Below, piece by piece: positions 29,751 to 37,888 of a stretch of DNA of 64,000 nt. Location: the NCBI GenBank assembly GCA_003598055.1, contig QZKI01000022.1:15566-79565 (forward strand), written 5' to 3'. The position numbers and the translations under genes are program-made. A model generated the notes under the pieces. The model had not been told where the DNA came from. It searched no databases and worked only from the letters and a program-made list of their open reading frames with translations. Each line of letters starts with the position of its first letter. The first letter of the stretch is position 1. The DNA comes from Candidatus Abyssobacteria bacterium SURF_17. GTDB taxonomy: Bacteria > Abyssobacteria > SURF-5.

Positions 29751-29859
29751 GGGGGCGCAGGGCTGTGCGCCCCTACAACAAGAATTGCGGCTGCTTCGCA
29801 AAGAGTTGACCGCATCTCGTGTGGAGGGGCGACCCGACGTCGGGTCGCCCCTACAATTG
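29751..29859. repeat. two REP-like GC hairpins with CCCCTACAA tail (GGGGCGCAGGGCTGTGCGCCCCTACAACA; GGGGCGACCCGACGTCGGGTCGCCCCTACAATTG)
   Basis: Members of the GTAG-headed hairpin family repeated through the window. They sit in the kinase-PilZ spacer. Confidence 0.5.
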
Positions 29860-29900
29860 CCAAAGGGCCGCGATACCGGTTTCAGAACGTTGGTACAGGG

Positions 29901-31019
29901 ATGATTCCGATTCCGCTTGCGATTGACCCCAACTATATCACGATTCTTGAGTATCTGAGGCCGCCCAGGCCAAGTGCAGCCACTCTGTGGTGGGTACTTG
30001 CGACAATTCTCGGTGCGGGCCTGGTATTCGCCCTGTTCGAAATAGTCTCCCGTTACATCCGCCGGAGTCGGCAAATGAAGAAAAGCCGCGACGATTTCAA
30101 TCAGCTCACCCTTGTTTGTCAGTTAGCTCCGGAAGAAGTGACCCTTTTGAGGCGGCTCATCCTCGTGTGCGGCATACGACGCCCCGACCGGCTCTTCACC
30201 TCATTCGAGCTCTTCAATAGATGCCTGGAGGAGCAGGGGCCGGCGGCATCGGGTCCGCTGAGCGAGTCCGACATTGCGAGGCTTCGCATCATTCGGAATA
30301 AGGTGTTCTTCGGAGAACGGTCCCGAGTGCCTCCGATACGGAGCACGCATGCGTTACGACCCAACCAATGGCTCCATCTGAGACGAATGGCAAACGGGAA
30401 GGTGTTTATGGCGCCCGTTATTGAAGCCGGCGACAGCGGGCTTCTTGTTGCGACGCCTCGCATAAAGGGGCAGTATATGGAAGTCAAACCGGGAGAACGG
30501 TTCGAAATTTATTTCTGGCGTGACAGAGACGCGAGTTATCATTTTGCATCCGAGGTGATCGGCCAGTCGGGGATGCACTATCTGATCACGATTTTCAAGC
30601 ATGTTGACGACGTGGAGCGGATTCAACGCCGCCAATACCACCGTGTTGAGACCTCGATACCCGTTGTCGCGTTTCCTCTTCCCCGGGAAGAACTCGACCG
30701 AATCGGACGGAACGAGCCCATCATTGACACCGAGCGCCCCGGCCTGCGTGGATATGTGGTTGATATCAGCGGAGCCGGGTTTGCGTTCGTCGCTCGCGCA
30801 GAGCTCAAGCCTAATGACCTGATATATATCGATCTGCCAAGCGAAGATGAAGATTCCCGGATTCCCGTCATCGGGAAGATATTGAGCGTGTCGAGGAGAG
30901 GAAGAACGGACGAGTTCATCATGCATGCCGAATTTGCCGGACTCACCACTGACGCCCACGAGAAGATATTCCGACTCATCTATTCACAGGCCAGACAAGA
31001 GGCACTGCCCGCTGTCTGA
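29901..31019 (+). CDS. membrane-anchored PilZ-domain protein (c-di-GMP receptor), YcgR-like two-domain arrangement
   Basis: C-terminal PilZ motifs RRQYHRV (RxxxR) and DISGAGFAF (DxSxGG). One N-terminal TM (WWVLATILGAGLVFALF). Start taken at Met 29901, downstream of the REP hairpins that occupy the upstream part of the longest ORF. Confidence 0.6.
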   Translation: MIPIPLAIDPNYITILEYLRPPRPSAATLWWVLATILGAGLVFALFEIVSRYIRRSRQMKKSRDDFNQLTLVCQLAPEEVTLLRRLILVCGIRRPDRLFTSFELFNRCLEEQGPAASGPLSESDIARLRIIRNKVFFGERSRVPPIRSTHALRPNQWLHLRRMANGKVFMAPVIEAGDSGLLVATPRIKGQYMEVKPGERFEIYFWRDRDASYHFASEVIGQSGMHYLITIFKHVDDVERIQRRQYHRVETSIPVVAFPLPREELDRIGRNEPIIDTERPGLRGYVVDISGAGFAFVARAELKPNDLIYIDLPSEDEDSRIPVIGKILSVSRRGRTDEFIMHAEFAGLTTDAHEKIFRLIYSQARQEALPAV

Positions 31020-31121
31020 CGCCAATTCCCTGCCGCCAACGGCACATCGTTGAACTGAAACGATATAGAATCGACTCTTGTTCTCAGTGAAGTCGATTTC
31101 GGCTGCACTCATATATGATGG

Positions 31122-31931
31122 TTACTTCCCTTTGAACTCCGGCGGTCGCTTCTGCATGAAGGCCTGAACTGCCTCGACGACGTCTTCGCACGGCAGGACC
31201 GCCGCGTTCTTCTGCGCCGCGTATTCGAGGCCGGGATACACGCCGTGCTCACGGCTGTACAGGAGCACTTCCTTTGTTCCCTGCACTGCGAGCGGGGAGC
31301 AGGCTGCGATTTCGGCTGCAAGCTGCTTTGCCTGTTCGTAGAGGCTGTCTTTGTCCTCGCAGAAACGGGTGATGAATCCAATGCGAAGGGCCTCTTCTGC
31401 GCTGAAGTTTCTTCCCGTCAATGCCAACTCGCGGAACCAGCCGTGGCCTATGATATGGGGGAGACGCTGGAGCGTGCCGAGGTCGGCGATGAGCGCCATT
31501 TTGGTCTCACGCACGGAGAAAATCGCGTCTTTGCTTGCCATGCGGATGTCGCACGCGCTGACGAGGTCCACGCCTGCCCCGACGCAATGGCTGTGAACCG
31601 CGGCGATGACCGGCTTTCGGCACTTCTCGATGGCGTTCATGCCTTCCTGAGCTTCAATGATTTTCCTGCGATTGTTCTCGCGCACATCCGCGGTCGGGGA
31701 TTCGGCGAACCAGCTTGCGGCTTCGACCAAATCGAGGCCTGCGCTGAATGTCTTTCCCTCGGCCTTGATGACGATTACGCGCACTTCGGGGTCATTGTCG
31801 AATCTTGGGAATAGTTCACGCAACCCGGAAAAGAAATCGAAGCCCATCGTGTTACGCTTTTCGGGTCGGTTGAATGTCAACCAGGTGATGAATCCTTCTT
31901 TCTCGACCTTGAAAGGGCTATTATCGCTCAT
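31122..31931 (-). CDS. enoyl-CoA hydratase/isomerase (crotonase) family protein
   Basis: ITWLTFNRPEKRNTM...FSAGLDL oxyanion-hole motifs. 269 aa. Confidence 0.85.
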   Translation of the reverse strand: MSDNSPFKVEKEGFITWLTFNRPEKRNTMGFDFFSGLRELFPRFDNDPEVRVIVIKAEGKTFSAGLDLVEAASWFAESPTADVRENNRRKIIEAQEGMNAIEKCRKPVIAAVHSHCVGAGVDLVSACDIRMASKDAIFSVRETKMALIADLGTLQRLPHIIGHGWFRELALTGRNFSAEEALRIGFITRFCEDKDSLYEQAKQLAAEIAACSPLAVQGTKEVLLYSREHGVYPGLEYAAQKNAAVLPCEDVVEAVQAFMQKRPPEFKGK

Positions 31932-32102
31932 GAATTTCCTCCGTTTGATGGTTTTCTATCGGGGTCAATGGTGCGCGTTGATTATACCATCGGGCTGAAC
32001 GATATCCAAAAAATCCTGCTGAAAGAAGAATGGGGCGGTATAGACGGAAAGGGCGACCCTGCGGGGCCGCCCTTTTGTTGCATGCCTCGGCGCGTTAGCT
32101 GC

Positions 32103-33233
32103 TCAGATTTTTTCCAGAGGCCGCTTCTGGCCGGCCATTTCGTTCTCCGATGCTACCTTCAATCGTAATTCCCTCGGGGATGCAAAAATCGGTTCGCGCT
32201 CGAGCCGTTCGAGCCTGAGGGCCTCGGTCGGGCACGTGACCGTGCACGCTCCACAGCCCATGCAGCGGGTTTCATCAATTTGGGCTTTGTCGGCGCCGTC
32301 GGGCAGGGAGATTGCCTTGAAGAAACAGCGGTCAACGCATGTGGCGCACGCGGCGCAATCGTCGCTCACCCGCGCGACGAAGTTGGAGCGAGCAAATGCC
32401 CTTGGATTGTCCCATCTCGTCAGGCCGCGCGTGATGGAGCAGCAGCAGCCGCAGCAGAAGCAGATGACGCCATCTTTCATCTCGACGGCGTTATCGGTCA
32501 TGACGACGAGCCCGAGGTCTCGCATTTCTTCGGCAAATTTTTTTGCTTCTTCCCGCGTCACCTGTTTGCCATCGCCGCGGCCGACCATGAGCATTGCAGG
32601 CATGCCCACGAACAGGCACGATCCCACGGGATACTTATCCTTGCACTCGCGGATTCCGAGCTTGTCGGTCCGGTTGCGGCACGGGCACGGTGCCAGCGCG
32701 AGCGCTCCCAAGTTGGCCTGGTCCAAGAACACATCGAGTTCCTCATGAGAAAGCACCTGCTGGCCCCCTGAAATTGACTGGTCCACGGGCACGGCCCGGC
32801 GCTGTGGAGTACCTTTCGCCGACGATTCATAATAGCGGTAGAAGCCGTCCTTAATGTAGTACTGCTGGTACAAACGGCCAGCTTTCATGGCATCTTCGTC
32901 ATCGGCATTTCGAAATGGGTGATAATTGACCAGAAGCGGGATTACCGGAAGCATGTATTGTCCGCCGAATCCGATAATTACGCCTCTTTCCGTCAGTCGC
33001 CCGAGAACTTCTTCGACTTCACTGACAGGTTTCCCGGCCCTCTCAGCGACCTCTTCCGCCGTCAAACGGTTCGGGTCGACCGAAAGGAACGAAGCCACCT
33101 CTGCTTCTTCGGGTTTCAAAAGAATCTGAAGATACTCGAGAAAAGCCGGAGAGAAATCTCCGTCTACCTTCGGCACGCCCGTGATGTTCATGTCAAGCTT
33201 TTCGGCGAGCGTTTTGTATGGAGACGTCGTCAT
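32103..33233 (-). CDS. Fe-S protein: N-terminal winged-helix-like domain + Cys-cluster (CPC..C..CFCCGCCC) + two CxxCxxCxxxCP ferredoxin motifs (paralog 1, divergent)
   Basis: 376 aa. Ferredoxin motifs CAACATCVDRC and CMGCGACTVTCP. Shares domain order and about one third identity with the next two genes. Confidence 0.6.
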   Translation of the reverse strand: MTTSPYKTLAEKLDMNITGVPKVDGDFSPAFLEYLQILLKPEEAEVASFLSVDPNRLTAEEVAERAGKPVSEVEEVLGRLTERGVIIGFGGQYMLPVIPLLVNYHPFRNADDEDAMKAGRLYQQYYIKDGFYRYYESSAKGTPQRRAVPVDQSISGGQQVLSHEELDVFLDQANLGALALAPCPCRNRTDKLGIRECKDKYPVGSCLFVGMPAMLMVGRGDGKQVTREEAKKFAEEMRDLGLVVMTDNAVEMKDGVICFCCGCCCSITRGLTRWDNPRAFARSNFVARVSDDCAACATCVDRCFFKAISLPDGADKAQIDETRCMGCGACTVTCPTEALRLERLEREPIFASPRELRLKVASENEMAGQKRPLEKI

Positions 33234-33309
33234 TACCTTCTCCTCCTGATACCATCAGTTTGCTTTGCGAGTTAGCCCATAGCCGTTTCGAGGGGCAACG
33301 CAATGGAGC

Positions 33310-34413
33310 CTAAATCAGCCCTTCGAGAGTGCGGCCCGTCTTCTGTGCCTTTTCCATTGTCCAGGTGATCATGTTTTCCGGCGGGACGTCGATGTGCTCT
33401 TCATCCTTGCGTACAAGTGAGAGCGCTCCGCTGGGACACGTGACCACGCACACGCCGCACCCGATGCAGCGGTCTTGGTTTACTTCATAGTATTCGCTCC
33501 GCGATTCGATGGCCCCAACAGGGCATCGCTCATCGGCGCAGACGCCGCATGCGACGCATGTTTCCGGGTCGATGTTTGCCAGGTAATTGGATTTCGCAAG
33601 CATATGAGGCGATTTCGCCATCTTCACGCCGCGCAGGATCGCGCAGCAGCACGTGCAACAGTTGCAGATGAACACGTGGTCGTCCTGCACATTCCACGAA
33701 TTGTGCACGAGGCCTTCTTCCTCCGCCTTCTTGAGCAGTTCGAGCACTTCTTGCTTCGTTGCTTTTCGCGCGCCGCGGTACTCGATGTCGAACCCGTGCG
33801 GGTCGGGCGAGAAGGCGATGCAGTTGTTCATCGTCCTGTTGCAGCCTTTGCCGATGATCTTCATTTCCTTGCGGCAGATGCAGTCGGAAACAGCCCATGA
33901 TTGGGCTTTCTCGACCATGTTTGAGACTTTCTCGAACGGGAGCACGGTGAGCTCGTTCGGAATCGCCTGCTCTACGGGATACACCCGTATTTGTGCCGGC
34001 GCTTCCTTTCCCACGTGCTCGATGAACGCCTCTTCAAGGTATTGCTCGAACAGCTCGACGTATTCCTTGTCGAGCCGCGCGAGCTGAAACTCGTGAATCC
34101 CGAGAATGAACGGGAACGCGCTGTACATGCGGCTTTCCGCCGGCCCCATTCCCATGAGCTGGCCCTTTGAGGTCATCCTTTCGAGGATTTCGGCCATTTT
34201 CTTCGGGTCGCGGCCCAACCGCTCGGTTACCTGCTCGGCTGTCTCCGGCACCAATTTCATTTGTGATGCGACTTCGGCCTCCTCCTCCGTGAAAATCTTC
34301 TTGAGGATTCTTATCTCGACACCGCTCTCGGTCTTCGGATACCCGTGCGGCATCGCTTCGAGATGTTCGGCTAATTTCTGATAACTCCCTTTGCTCATGA
34401 ATCGTCCCTCCAA
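33310..34413 (-). CDS. Fe-S protein, winged-helix + Cys-cluster (CNCCTCCC) + 2x[4Fe-4S] ferredoxin motifs (paralog 2)
   Basis: 367 aa. Motifs CVACGVCADERCP and CIGCGVCVVTCP. Very high identity to paralog 3, roughly 80% or more by eye. Confidence 0.6.
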   Translation of the reverse strand: MEGRFMSKGSYQKLAEHLEAMPHGYPKTESGVEIRILKKIFTEEEAEVASQMKLVPETAEQVTERLGRDPKKMAEILERMTSKGQLMGMGPAESRMYSAFPFILGIHEFQLARLDKEYVELFEQYLEEAFIEHVGKEAPAQIRVYPVEQAIPNELTVLPFEKVSNMVEKAQSWAVSDCICRKEMKIIGKGCNRTMNNCIAFSPDPHGFDIEYRGARKATKQEVLELLKKAEEEGLVHNSWNVQDDHVFICNCCTCCCAILRGVKMAKSPHMLAKSNYLANIDPETCVACGVCADERCPVGAIESRSEYYEVNQDRCIGCGVCVVTCPSGALSLVRKDEEHIDVPPENMITWTMEKAQKTGRTLEGLI

Positions 34414-34455
34414 GCAACAAAACTCTCGTTCCGTTACAATAAGAATTTTCGGTCG

Positions 34456-35571
34456 TTATATCAGGCCTTCCATGGTGCGGCCGGTTTTCTGCGCTTTTTC
34501 CATTGTCCAGGCGACAATGTTATCGGGCGGAATGTCGATTTCGGCCTCGTCTTTCCTGACGAGCGAGAGCGCGCCGCTCGGGCACGTGACCACGCACACG
34601 CCGCAGCCGATGCAGCGCTCGCGATTTACTTCATAATGCTCGTTGCGCGCGTCGATTGCCTGCATCGGACATCTCTCGTCGGCGCACACGCCGCAGGCAG
34701 CACAGGTGTCCGCATCAATCTGTGCGTAGTAATTCGACCTAGCCGCGAAATTAGGCGCCTTCTTTATTCCGCGAAGCACGAGGCAGCAGCATGTGCAGCA
34801 GTTGCAGACAAACACATGGCTGTCCTGCACGTTCCACGAAGTGTGCACGAGACCTTCCTCCTCCGCCTTCTTGAGCAGTTCGAGCACTTCTTCCTTCGAG
34901 GCCTTCCGCGCGCCGCGATAATCGATGTCGAACCCATGCGGGTCCGCTGAAAATGCGATGCAGTTATTCATCGTAGCGCCGCATCCCTCGCCCAATATCT
35001 GCTTCTCCTTGCGACAAATGCAATCAGCTACGGCCCAGGCCTGAGCCTTCTCGACCATGCTTGAAACTTTTTCGAAGGGGAGCACGGTGAGTTCGGCTGT
35101 TATTGCCTGCTCCACGGGATAAATACGGACCTGGGACGGCGCTTCCTTCCCCACTGCGTCGGCATAAGCCTCCTCGAAATACTGCTCGAACAACTCTGCA
35201 TATTCCCTGTCAACTCGCGGCAATTGAAACTCGTGGACGCCGGCAATAAAGGGGAATGCACTGTACATGCGACCATCCTTAGGGCCCATCCCCATAAGCT
35301 GCCCTTTGGACGTCATCCTTTCCAGTAACTCGGCCATCTCCTTCGGCTCACGGCCGAGACGCTCGGCCACCTGGTCTGCATTCTCCGGCATCAGCTTCAT
35401 CTGCGACGCGACTTCGGCTTCCTCTTTCGTGAAAATCTTCTTCAAGATTCTTATCTCAATCCCGCTCTTGGTCTTCGGAAACCCCTGCGGCATCGCGTTG
35501 AGATGTTCGGCTAGGTTCCTGTACGTGTCTTTACTCATAGCTGTCTCCCTCCAAAGGACACCAATGGCCAC
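34456..35571 (-). CDS. Fe-S protein, winged-helix + Cys-cluster + 2x[4Fe-4S] ferredoxin motifs (paralog 3)
   Basis: 371 aa. Near-identical architecture and sequence to paralog 2, suggesting a recent tandem duplication. Confidence 0.6.
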   Translation of the reverse strand: MAIGVLWRETAMSKDTYRNLAEHLNAMPQGFPKTKSGIEIRILKKIFTKEEAEVASQMKLMPENADQVAERLGREPKEMAELLERMTSKGQLMGMGPKDGRMYSAFPFIAGVHEFQLPRVDREYAELFEQYFEEAYADAVGKEAPSQVRIYPVEQAITAELTVLPFEKVSSMVEKAQAWAVADCICRKEKQILGEGCGATMNNCIAFSADPHGFDIDYRGARKASKEEVLELLKKAEEEGLVHTSWNVQDSHVFVCNCCTCCCLVLRGIKKAPNFAARSNYYAQIDADTCAACGVCADERCPMQAIDARNEHYEVNRERCIGCGVCVVTCPSGALSLVRKDEAEIDIPPDNIVAWTMEKAQKTGRTMEGLI

Positions 35572-35637
35572 CGGCGTTCTCTACCATCCACATGGCAAAC
35601 CACCGCGCTTGCAAGTCGGCCGGGCCAGAGGAACTCT

Positions 35638-36300
35638 TCATTCGAATCCTTCTGTCTTCGGCTCGGGTAGTGTCTCTCGTATTTCCTCCTGTCTGTTCGT
35701 TGCCTGTTTACCCTCGTGTGTCAACCATCCCTCTATCAATTGGTGCAGCATATCGATGTTGCGCTCCATGATTTGCGGGTCTTTGTGAGTTTTGCGGAGT
35801 AAGAACATTCCTTGAGTTTGGGCAAGCACGAATTCGGCAATCTGGCTTGAGGGCAATTGCTCCCGAAATATGCCTGCTTGCTTTCCCTCTTCAAAGCAAT
35901 GCTCGAGTCGGTCTGCGCCTGCGCGGAAGAACGCGCTCAACGCCTGCCGCAGTGGCTCATGGATCGCACTCATCTCCTGCGCCAGATTTCCGAATGGACA
36001 TCCGAGTTCACCCAGCGGAGAGGTTCCAAGGGCGAGGATTCCGTCGAGGAAAGCATATATTCGTTGGAGAGGATTGAGTGCTGGATTGTCGAGGGATGGC
36101 TCAATCACGCGACCATAAAACCACTGCATTCTCCCGGTGAGCACCTCGAAGCCGAGCTGTTCTTTGCTGTCGAAATGGTAGTAGAAGTTGCTCTTGGTGA
36201 CGGAAGCGATGTCGAGGATATCCTGGATGCTGGTGTTATTGAAGCCCTTGGTATGAATAAGCTTAGCGGCTTCGATGAGGATTTTCTGTTTGGCGCTCAT
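35638..36300 (-). CDS. TetR/AcrR family transcriptional regulator
   Basis: N-terminal HTH ILIEAAKLIHTKGFNNTSIQDILDIASVTKSNFYYHF. 220 aa. Confidence 0.85.
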   Translation of the reverse strand: MSAKQKILIEAAKLIHTKGFNNTSIQDILDIASVTKSNFYYHFDSKEQLGFEVLTGRMQWFYGRVIEPSLDNPALNPLQRIYAFLDGILALGTSPLGELGCPFGNLAQEMSAIHEPLRQALSAFFRAGADRLEHCFEEGKQAGIFREQLPSSQIAEFVLAQTQGMFLLRKTHKDPQIMERNIDMLHQLIEGWLTHEGKQATNRQEEIRETLPEPKTEGFE

Positions 36301-36370
36301 TGATGTCCTCGCGTGAGTAGTACTGACTGGTTGGTCCTAATGATATCACCCGTTCTGGAATCTGTCAAGT

Positions 36371-36456
36371 CTTTTTTTCATTCTTTTTTTCAGTCTTTTT
36401 TTCCGTGCCGCTTTCGTCCCGGGAATTTGCCCGGGAATTTGCCCGGGAATTTGATT
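36371..36456. repeat. three T7 tracts phased at 12 bp, followed by a 3x tandem 12-bp direct repeat (CCCGGGAATTTG)
   Basis: TCTTTTTTT occurs three times (36371-36401). CCCGGGAATTTG occurs three times head-to-tail (36416-36451), then TTGACG. Located in the divergent TetR/ADC-like intergenic region. Confidence 0.5.
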
Positions 36457-36481
36457 GACGAAGCATATGCATCGAGCGTAC

Positions 36482-36526
36482 GGGCGAACCTTGTGTTCGC
36501 CCATGGGCGCAATGAATTACGCCCCC
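36482..36526. repeat. pair of REP-like hairpins (GGGCGAACCTTGTGTTCGCCC; GGGCGCAATGAATTACGCCCC)
   Basis: GC stems with an AATGAATT loop, related to the TGCGAATAAATTCGCA and GGGCGCA...TGCGCCCC families. Confidence 0.4.
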
Positions 36527-36773
36527 CTGAGTCTGTCCCACAATTGCGCTTCATCCCCTTTCTCGCCTGACATTCTTTGCGCCCTTTGCGTCTTTGCGGT
36601 TAGAAAACTCCTTGGGCAAGAGCAGGTTCGCCCCCGCAACTGACCTCCTCATAATGTTTGATGCATTTTCCAGTCTCATCTATGAGCAATTTCGACGACT
36701 TAACATTGCATTCCGAAAAGGTTGCTGACAAACTTAGAGAAATTACATTCAGTCACGAATACTGTTCGGCGCT

Positions 36774-37583
36774 TTGGCGGAAGGAGAGGTCAGCATGGGT
36801 TTTGTGAAATCGTATGAGGAGATAGCGAAGGCGTACCGTGAGACAGGGGAATTCTATGATGCGGAGATGCTCGCGGTTGTGTGGGAGACGAAACCGGAAA
36901 TCGTCGCCAGGTTGCTGCCGCCGCCGCTCAAACCATCTTCCAGACCGCTGGCGCTCGCTTTTGTCGCGAATTATCCGAGGACCAACTTCGGCGTAACGTA
37001 CCTTGAGGCCGCGCTGTTTCTGCGGGCTGAGTTAAACGGCGAGGCAGGCGTTTACTGCCTTTCGATGCCGGTGACGAACGACATGGCGATGGCCGGCGGC
37101 CGCGAGGTATACGGGTATCCAAAGAAGATTGCCAGAATCGAGTTGAACCGCAACGGGCAGGATGTCGAGGGCTGGGCCGAGCGACATGGTGTCCGTTTCT
37201 TTGAAATAAGGGCAAAGCTGACCGGCAAGTTCAATGTTGAGGGAGCTCAGAACACCTTTTCAGAGATTCTGAGTGGTAACGGTGAATCTGTTGTGGTCGC
37301 ATACAACTTCAAGCATTTTCCCGCGCCCGAGGGTGGCGCATTCGATTATCATCCCCGTCTCATTCGCGAAGAGGTGGAGTTCCGCCCGAGCTCGATTGAG
37401 GGCGGCGAGGCTGAGATCGTGATGAAGCCGTCGGATTTCGACCCGTGGGCCGAGGTGGAGGTGGTCAAGCTTCTCGGCGCGATTCACACCAAAGGTAACA
37501 ACTCGATGCAAAAAGGCAAGGTTGTCGCCGAGGCAGACCCGGCCGAGTTTGCGCCGTATGCGTTTCTGAAATGGGATATGTAG
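36774..37583 (+). CDS. acetoacetate decarboxylase (ADC) family protein
   Basis: 269 aa. ADC-like beta-cone fold features including a GYPKK segment (candidate Schiff-base Lys) and a size typical of the family. Alternative start at 36792 (MGFVKSY). Confidence 0.55.
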   Translation: MAEGEVSMGFVKSYEEIAKAYRETGEFYDAEMLAVVWETKPEIVARLLPPPLKPSSRPLALAFVANYPRTNFGVTYLEAALFLRAELNGEAGVYCLSMPVTNDMAMAGGREVYGYPKKIARIELNRNGQDVEGWAERHGVRFFEIRAKLTGKFNVEGAQNTFSEILSGNGESVVVAYNFKHFPAPEGGAFDYHPRLIREEVEFRPSSIEGGEAEIVMKPSDFDPWAEVEVVKLLGAIHTKGNNSMQKGKVVAEADPAEFAPYAFLKWDM

Positions 37584-37729
37584 GAGACCGGCGAGCTTCT
37601 TGGCCGATGAAGTGAGTGAGGCCAACACCCATTATGTCAGCCTGAGCGAAGCGAAAGATCTCTTCTCCGCAACGAGGGTCCGCCCAATCAAGATTCTTTG
37701 CTCCACTTCAAAGAAACCGCGCCACCTTG

Positions 37730-37854
37730 GTCATTGCGAGGGAGCAGAGGGGCGCAGACCCGAGCGACCGAAGCAATCTCCTTGGCACATACAGGCTGGT
37801 GCAGAGATTGCTTCGTCATGCCCCGCCTCAGGCGTGGCACGACTCGCAATGACG
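37730..37854. repeat. modular nested-inverted-repeat element, copy C
   Basis: GTCATTGCGAG...GAAGCAATCTC ... GAGATTGCTTCG-TCATGCCCCGCCTCAGGCGTGGCACGAC-TCGCAATGACG. The inner hairpin is the reverse complement of the one in copy A. Lies in a convergent intergenic region. Confidence 0.6.
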
Positions 37855-37888
37855 ATTAGAACCTGCCGATTTCTAGGCAAAAGGCGCC

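Noticed and set aside
36416-36451. Possible CRISPR array
   Set aside because: It has only three 12-bp units, directly abutting with no spacers, and there are no cas genes; it is a simple tandem repeat.
36313-36570. 85-aa ORF containing PGNLPGNLPGNL
   Set aside because: It is the translation of the 3x 12-bp DNA tandem repeat and REP hairpins in a promoter spacer, not a gene.
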